From IMG/VR virus record IMGVR_UViG_3300025010_002040: a DNA stretch of 64,000 nucleotides. One strand, 5' to 3'. Made by a program: the position numbers and the translations under genes. The notes under the pieces are model-generated. The model was not told where the DNA came from and did not search any database. It saw only the letters and a list, made by a program, of their open reading frames with translations. Source of the DNA: an uncultured virus (IMG/VR IMGVR_UViG_3300025010_002040) (Duplodnaviria; Heunggongvirae; Uroviricota; Caudoviricetes). Positions 58,364-64,000 of the stretch are shown here, piece after piece (the first letter of the stretch is position 1; the number at the start of each line of letters is the position of its first letter).

Positions 58364-59481
58364 TAAAACTCTCCTCCATCTAAATCAGAATAACCACTAT
58401 TATTCACTGTGACATTCCCTACCTTACTATTTACGTTTTTGCTTAATATTTGAATCTTCTCAGTCAGTTTCAAGCGATACTCACCAAGTGTGATGGTTGC
58501 TACTTCAAAAGTATTTGTATACTTAATACCGGTAACCAAAGAATCATAGCGTTTACCCTTATAAATAAACTCAACGAAATCACCAATATCTAATGTTCTT
58601 AAAACATCTAACGAGTGATTCTTTTTTTGGATCATAAAACTAATTTGATGATCTGTCTTATCAACACTAAGAACTGAGCGAACTTTTGTCTCTAAATCTA
58701 AGTAGTCGTTATCTGAATAAGTCTCAACCTTTGATATGACTTTCGGATACCTTAGATTACTTGTATTGTCTTTTGTGATGGTGCCATCAGTTAATAAGTA
58801 ATAAATAACTGTATCCTTAAAGAATAAGTTGCTTGTCTTTGGATAATAGATGGCTTTATTTGTGCTTTCTTTACTTGAATCATTGATGATTAAATCTTCT
58901 AATATAAGGCTATCTGCTTTTATCTTTAAGCCTCTTGTCACATTAACGATTCTTATTAAAATACCACTAAAACTTCCATCATTAAAAACCACTTCATGTT
59001 TGATATAAACACCATACATCCGGTTAGCCAGTTCCAAAAGTTCATAAATCGTCATGACTTTATCCGCATCAAAAACAAAACTACCCAGCTTCGATGTTTC
59101 CACACTGATGCTTAGGTAGTTTAAGTTTTGTTTGGTATCACTGTTTTGAAGATATGTTTTTCTAATTATTTCTTCTATATAGGTTGCGATATTTCCGTTG
59201 AAACTTTCGACTAACACTTCTACTTTAAATAACTCTTTAAAATCAACACTCGCAATAACAAGATGCGTTTTTTCATCTTCGATATTTTCTACGATACCAA
59301 AGTAACCACCATCTTCTTTTACATAAACATAATCACCAACTGCTACATTAAGCTTACTTTTATTGATCTTGAAATGGGATTTTTGCGTAATAACGATGTC
59401 ATGTATAATTTCAAACTCATCACCTATATAAGCATGATCTTTATATGTGAAATTCAAGTGATCTAATATAATCAAGTCCAT
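58363..59481 (-). CDS. Tal/hub-like minor tail protein
   Basis: Homolog of 6092-7216. Confidence 0.65.
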   Translation of the reverse strand: MDLIILDHLNFTYKDHAYIGDEFEIIHDIVITQKSHFKINKSKLNVAVGDYVYVKEDGGYFGIVENIEDEKTHLVIASVDFKELFKVEVLVESFNGNIATYIEEIIRKTYLQNSDTKQNLNYLSISVETSKLGSFVFDADKVMTIYELLELANRMYGVYIKHEVVFNDGSFSGILIRIVNVTRGLKIKADSLILEDLIINDSSKESTNKAIYYPKTSNLFFKDTVIYYLLTDGTITKDNTSNLRYPKVISKVETYSDNDYLDLETKVRSVLSVDKTDHQISFMIQKKNHSLDVLRTLDIGDFVEFIYKGKRYDSLVTGIKYTNTFEVATITLGEYRLKLTEKIQILSKNVNSKVGNVTVNNSGYSDLDGGEF

Positions 59482-59486
59482 AGTAA

Positions 59487-60311
59487 TCACCCCAGATGAT
59501 ATTCAAAGATATGAACTTTACATAACGTATCTTCCATCACACCAGATTTAAACTCTAATGTATTCCTACCTGGTTTTAGCTCGATAAAATTATCTTTTTC
59601 AAAATCCTGGTGTGCGTAGATATCTGTTTCAATGTCATTCTTAATCATTTTCAAATATTTATTGTCAGCTACGGATGATATTTGTATTTTGATATCTTCT
59701 TCGACTAAGTTTAATCGTAGACTTGAGACCAATATCCCATTTTGGGTCACATTAATTTCTGGATGATCGACTGACCCTTCCATTTCAATAATCACATTCG
59801 CATTAAATGAACCACCGACATCAATCGTCGTTTGTCCTTCTTGTGTAATTTGATAGGTGTAAGCATATGGGTAAGGATAAACCTTACCATCAAGAACTTC
59901 AGTTATATCGATGATGATTTGTCTTTCTTTAATCCAATAACTCTTCTTGTTCAATGTAATTTCACAGCTTAGTAATCCAGCTTTTATCTCTGCTTTGCTT
60001 AATGAAACCACGTCAACGTGAACATACTTTATATCATTGGAAACATAGTATAGTTTTAAATTATCTCGACCTTGATTTAAGTAGTCGATAAATCGTTGAT
60101 ACCCTTGATACCCATCCATAAAATTGAGCAGTCCACTGATTTCTGTTAAAGGCGTTTCTCTTTTGACCGTCTTATGGATATGTCCATATTTCAAGTACGT
60201 CATATTAAGTTGAAAACCTAATCCTAAAACATTCGATAGTAAGACACCACTGTGATACTTAAAATGGAATTGTTGGCCATGTTCATTCTCTAAGTAAAAT
60301 CTTCTTGTCAT
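59487..60311 (-). CDS. Distal tail protein (Dit-like)
   Basis: Homolog of 7219-8046. Confidence 0.7.
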   Translation of the reverse strand: MTRRFYLENEHGQQFHFKYHSGVLLSNVLGLGFQLNMTYLKYGHIHKTVKRETPLTEISGLLNFMDGYQGYQRFIDYLNQGRDNLKLYYVSNDIKYVHVDVVSLSKAEIKAGLLSCEITLNKKSYWIKERQIIIDITEVLDGKVYPYPYAYTYQITQEGQTTIDVGGSFNANVIIEMEGSVDHPEINVTQNGILVSSLRLNLVEEDIKIQISSVADNKYLKMIKNDIETDIYAHQDFEKDNFIELKPGRNTLEFKSGVMEDTLCKVHIFEYHLG

Positions 60312-62446
60312 ATAAACTTACCACCTAACGCTCTGTTGATTGAATCAATATCAAAAGTGGATGCCGTTGTATTGATGGTGATTGCATTATTGGTTGTGCT
60401 CTTATTTGACGTTTGGTTACTCGTATTTGAAGTCTTTTTAAGATTGAATGTATCACTGAACCAACCGCCAACTTTACCGAATATGCCACCGACCTTTTCT
60501 TTGGTGTTATTAGCAAAGTTTGAAACACCATCGACGATATTATTAGCAACATCTGTTACACCTTTTACTGCACCACCTGCAAAGTTTGATACCGTATCAA
60601 CAACGTTTGATGCAATACCTGTGACTTTATTTGCTACACCGCCAACAAAATCTCCAACTTTACCTGCTACATCTCCAATAAAATTGCCAATACCACCGAC
60701 AACATTTCCAATCGTATCACCAATACCACCTAAAACACCACCAACAACATCTCCAACACTACCTGCAAAATCAAATATCTTTGTGAAGAATCCAATAATC
60801 GTTTCTAATATGTCTAATATCGGATTTAAAATGAACTCTAATGCTTTAAATGCAGGAACTAGGATTGCTTGTAAAACATTACCAACAATTTCAATGAGTG
60901 GTGAAATCATTTCAAAGATATCACCTAGAAATTCGAGTTGTTTAATCATTGGAGCTAGTATCATATCGATGATCGGCACTAATATGTCAATAAGTCTTGT
61001 GAATATATTGATAACTATCTCAACGATAGGCATTAATGCATCCATTAAAACTTCAACTATCTTCAAGATGGGTTCTAGGAGTCTCATAAAAGTCTCCATG
61101 AGTTTTTCTAATAGCTCTTTGAACTTTTCGCTACGCATTAAAGCCATAACTACAATGGCAATCAAAGCACCAATACCTAAAGTTGCAGCATTAATACCAA
61201 TGCCAGCGATTGCACCAGCTGCACCGACACCTTTTAAAGCAACAGCTACTATCTTTAATATCGGACCAACTTTACCGATGATGTTTAATACGGGTCCAAC
61301 GGCAGCTGCAAGTCCAACTAAGAAACCAATCAGTTGCTGTGTGCCACTACTAAGATTCGTCCACCATGAAATCATATTACTTACTGCGGGTATGAGTTTA
61401 TTCGTGATCGCTTCAACGACATTTTGCATAGCTGGAACAAGTGCCACAGCAAGTTCGACTGAAAGTGCTGTTGTTGATTGTTTTAATTTATCCAGCGAAT
61501 CATTAAATGCACCAGTTGTTTCAGCTTGTTCACTCGTAATGATACCAAGTGCCCTTGCTTGTTCTCTTAATTCGTTGATAGCTTCTGATTCCATATTAAG
61601 CATTGGAAGTAGCTCAGAACCTAATTTGTCACCAAATAAGTGGTTAGCAAGTGCAGTCTTTAATGATTGATCCTCAACTTTCGATAAGGCATCTCTCATA
61701 ATCTCAAAAGCTTCACTCGTGTCCTTGCCTTCTAAATCTTCCATTGAAATACCAAGAGCATGAAGTGGACCAGCAATATTCTTAACATCGCCTAATGCAA
61801 TATCAGCCAGTATTGAGTTAACCTTTACAAAAGCACGCTCTAAACTACCTGTCTCAGTACCAGCGATGGTTGCTACATGATTCCACTCTTGTAGAGCTTC
61901 AATGGACATCCCTATTTTTTGAGCAGTATCGTTAAGTGCATCAGCAGTGTCAGCACCTTTTTTAGCAAGTACACCTAAAGCAGTAACGGCACCTAGAATA
62001 GGAACCGTGAGACTTTTGGTTAAGATGCTACCAACCTTTGTGATATTGTCAAACTTAGCATTGCCTAAATCTTTAATCTTTGATTTTGTTTTGTCTAACT
62101 CGTTATTAAGTCGTTTTACTTCAGATTCACTATAAGAAACATTGCGTTGAACCTTTCTAAATTCAGCATCTGATGTTGTACCAAGTTTGAGACCTTGTTT
62201 TGCCTTTTCTAACGCTTTATTTTGCGTATCTAAGCGTTTTTTAGTCGTTTCAAGCATCTTATTCAATTGGGTTTGCTTCTTACGCCAAAGCTCAACGTTA
62301 GAGCTGTCATACTTTAGGTTTGTATTAATGGCACGCAGGTCTTTTTGCTGTTCTTTGAGCTCTTTATTAATCTCTTTTAATTCATTGTCAAGATCCTTGC
62401 CATCAAGACTTAACTTAATATTTATGCCTTTAATTGTCTCAGCCAT
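60308..62446 (-). CDS. Tape measure protein
   Basis: Homolog of 8043-10055 with an expanded Gly/Val-rich repeat region. Confidence 0.9.
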   Translation of the reverse strand: MAETIKGINIKLSLDGKDLDNELKEINKELKEQQKDLRAINTNLKYDSSNVELWRKKQTQLNKMLETTKKRLDTQNKALEKAKQGLKLGTTSDAEFRKVQRNVSYSESEVKRLNNELDKTKSKIKDLGNAKFDNITKVGSILTKSLTVPILGAVTALGVLAKKGADTADALNDTAQKIGMSIEALQEWNHVATIAGTETGSLERAFVKVNSILADIALGDVKNIAGPLHALGISMEDLEGKDTSEAFEIMRDALSKVEDQSLKTALANHLFGDKLGSELLPMLNMESEAINELREQARALGIITSEQAETTGAFNDSLDKLKQSTTALSVELAVALVPAMQNVVEAITNKLIPAVSNMISWWTNLSSGTQQLIGFLVGLAAAVGPVLNIIGKVGPILKIVAVALKGVGAAGAIAGIGINAATLGIGALIAIVVMALMRSEKFKELLEKLMETFMRLLEPILKIVEVLMDALMPIVEIVINIFTRLIDILVPIIDMILAPMIKQLEFLGDIFEMISPLIEIVGNVLQAILVPAFKALEFILNPILDILETIIGFFTKIFDFAGSVGDVVGGVLGGIGDTIGNVVGGIGNFIGDVAGKVGDFVGGVANKVTGIASNVVDTVSNFAGGAVKGVTDVANNIVDGVSNFANNTKEKVGGIFGKVGGWFSDTFNLKKTSNTSNQTSNKSTTNNAITINTTASTFDIDSINRALGGKFI

Positions 62447-62514
62447 CGTACTCACCTCCTTAACTACAATTAAAAAAGGACTTTCGTCCTTGAATAATTT
62501 CTAACTATTAAAAT

Positions 62515-63093
62515 TTATACCAATTTATGAGCTAAATCTTTTATATCTTTATAGACTAAGAACCTCGAATCTGTTGAAACTAAATCGAATTCATCATCTG
62601 TGAATATGTCCTCTTGAACTAAAAAATTAATTTTTTTATATGAGATGTCAGCTGTCACTTTTTCAATCATGTCTTTTGTAAAAGTTTCTAACTCAATTGC
62701 TTTTGCACCTTCATGCATTGAAGTCATCCAAATGTTTGATTTCTCGTCATACCAAATCTCGTCATAATAAAACCAAATATAAATGTTCTCATCATCTGAA
62801 ATAAACTGATCCTTGCTAAAATCTATCTTTTCATGTTTAGATATGGAAAATAAATAATTATAGAGCTCGTACGATTCGCTTCGTGTAATTGCAAAATTGT
62901 ATTTTCTCTTTAGATTTTGATAGTAAGGGGATCTTTTGTACTTTATCATTTCAAACGGAGAAGGAACAATAATGACAATGAAAAAGATTACTAAAGCCAT
63001 TATTGATACAACTAGTAAAATTGGAGATGAGATAGTCAACACTAATATGAATAATATTTTCTTGTACCAGACAAGTTCTTTAAAATAGTTCAC
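62515..63093 (-). CDS. Moron; membrane-anchored hypothetical protein
   Basis: Long N-terminal hydrophobic segment; inserted between chaperone and tape measure genes. Confidence 0.7.
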   Translation of the reverse strand: MNYFKELVWYKKILFILVLTISSPILLVVSIMALVIFFIVIIVPSPFEMIKYKRSPYYQNLKRKYNFAITRSESYELYNYLFSISKHEKIDFSKDQFISDDENIYIWFYYDEIWYDEKSNIWMTSMHEGAKAIELETFTKDMIEKVTADISYKKINFLVQEDIFTDDEFDLVSTDSRFLVYKDIKDLAHKLV

Positions 63094-63145
63094 GGCTTCG
63101 TTCCCCTCGAAATCAATTATAAATAAATTATACCAAATTATCTAT

Positions 63146-63340
63146 TTATAGTAAAAACAAATCTATGTCTCTTTGAGTTGCTCTTTTCATTTGTGGTTCA
63201 TTGGATAGTGTTTTGACCTCGAGCTCAATCAGCATTGCATATACATCAATATCGAAGTACTCTGTATCCTTTATTGAGATGCCAAGATGAGCAAGGTTAT
63301 AAATGATATTGGCGGTTGTGTTTTGCTCATCTTGTATATC
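63146..63340 (-). CDS. -1 frameshift extension of the tail assembly chaperone (gpT-like)
   Basis: Open frame ...NIIYNLAHLG...QRDIDLFLL*; slippery heptamer C CCA AAG at 63343-63349. Confidence 0.75.
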   Translation of the reverse strand, partial: DIQDEQNTTANIIYNLAHLGISIKDTEYFDIDVYAMLIELEVKTLSNEPQMKRATQRDIDLFLL

Positions 63341-63675
63341 TACTTTGGGTCCTGTGTACCTTCATTACCACCTAACATTAGGGTAATTGTATTTGAAATG
63401 TTCTCAAGTTCCTTTACATCAGATAATACGCTAAAATCCAAGTCCATCAAGAACTCATCATAGCTCTTTTTTGTATATGGTTTGTGCAGAATGTAGATAA
63501 TTCTAAAAAGAATATCGATGACCAATGCTGCATCCGTTTCATCTTTATTCAAGTTTTCAAGCTTCTTAATGTCACTGAATAACTCAGTTCCAAATACGTT
63601 ACGATACGAAATAATAGTAAAAAGTGAAGACCTTAGTTTAAGATCCTCACCTCTTAGATTAATTGTTTTTTCCAT
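63340..63675 (-). CDS. Tail assembly chaperone (gpG-like)
   Basis: Homolog of 12159-12509. Confidence 0.8.
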   Translation of the reverse strand: MEKTINLRGEDLKLRSSLFTIISYRNVFGTELFSDIKKLENLNKDETDAALVIDILFRIIYILHKPYTKKSYDEFLMDLDFSVLSDVKELENISNTITLMLGGNEGTQDPK

Positions 63676-63676
63676 A

Positions 63677-64000
63677 CTATACACCTATGACAGGTAATGT
63701 CGGAACTTGTGCAAAGAACTGTTGATAATTTGTGTCACCAAATTTTGCTATCGTTCTAATCACAGATACATTGCCAACCTCAATTGGTCTAGCTGTAATT
63801 GTAATACTAACCGCATTCGGTTCGATTGATTCTGCTTTTGTTTTAGTCGCATCACTAACTGGACTTGCAGTACACAAGAAATACCAAATACGTCTTGATT
63901 TCACATCACCTTGAATCTCATATCCAAGTGCGAATGTTTTAGTTCTATGATTAACAATCTCTACAAGGTTGCCATTAGAATCTCTTGCAAATCCTAATAT
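63677..64000 (-). CDS. Major tail protein, 3' part (truncated by the window edge)
   Basis: FALGYEIQGD...RRIWYFLCTA, homologous to 12523-13089. Confidence 0.85.
   Translation of the reverse strand: MLGFARDSNGNLVEIVNHRTKTFALGYEIQGDVKSRRIWYFLCTASPVSDATKTKAESIEPNAVSITITARPIEVGNVSVIRTIAKFGDTNYQQFFAQVPTLPVIGV

Larger units (their letters stand above)
52575..64000. mobile_element. Prophage P2, tail/lysis end; continues beyond the window
   Basis: Gene-by-gene homology and synteny with P1 from major tail to RNase III cassette. Confidence 0.9.

Noticed and set aside
60336..61670. 444-aa plus-strand ORF
   Set aside because: Antisense shadow of the repetitive tape measure gene; no RBS or recognisable motif, and the equivalent P1 region is broken into short ORFs.
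1..64000. tRNA, rRNA, tmRNA or known riboswitches
   Set aside because: None recognised by eye; tRNAscan-SE and Infernal/Rfam would be needed to exclude them.

Overview
Low-GC window read in the standard genetic code (TGA is stop). The host is probably a wall-less Acholeplasmatales/Izemoplasmatales-like bacterium; this is inferred from the absence of any endolysin in both prophages and from DegV/glycolipid-type genes. It holds three blocks. (i) A nearly complete HK97-type siphovirus prophage P1 (~0.8-41.5 kb, mostly minus strand) with a large serine recombinase, a CI/Cro switch, a tyrosine recombinase, an antirepressor, a replication initiator with internal iterons, a defence island (type IIG R-M, solitary MTase, PHP-ATPase), ParB-MTase, MetK, packaging/head/tail genes and several morons. 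(ii) An 11-kb accessory block with an ABC/HAD/DegV/TetR/patatin/glycosyltransferase cluster and PadR-MFS-ChrA. (iii) The tail/lysis end of a second related prophage P2 (~52.6 kb to the window end). The best candidate for an undescribed system is a cassette at the end of both prophages: an RNase III-family gene between a promoter-driven ~220-nt structured 5' RNA and a ~106-nt 3' hairpin, with substitutions between copies that mostly preserve pairing. Other notable items are a pol-beta nucleotidyltransferase conserved where an endolysin would be expected, twin 11-bp-phased arrays bracketing the replication/defence segment, opposite frameshift polarity in the two tail-chaperone genes, and a promoter-hairpin small RNA. 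All calls come from reading the sequence; no searches or folding programs were run.
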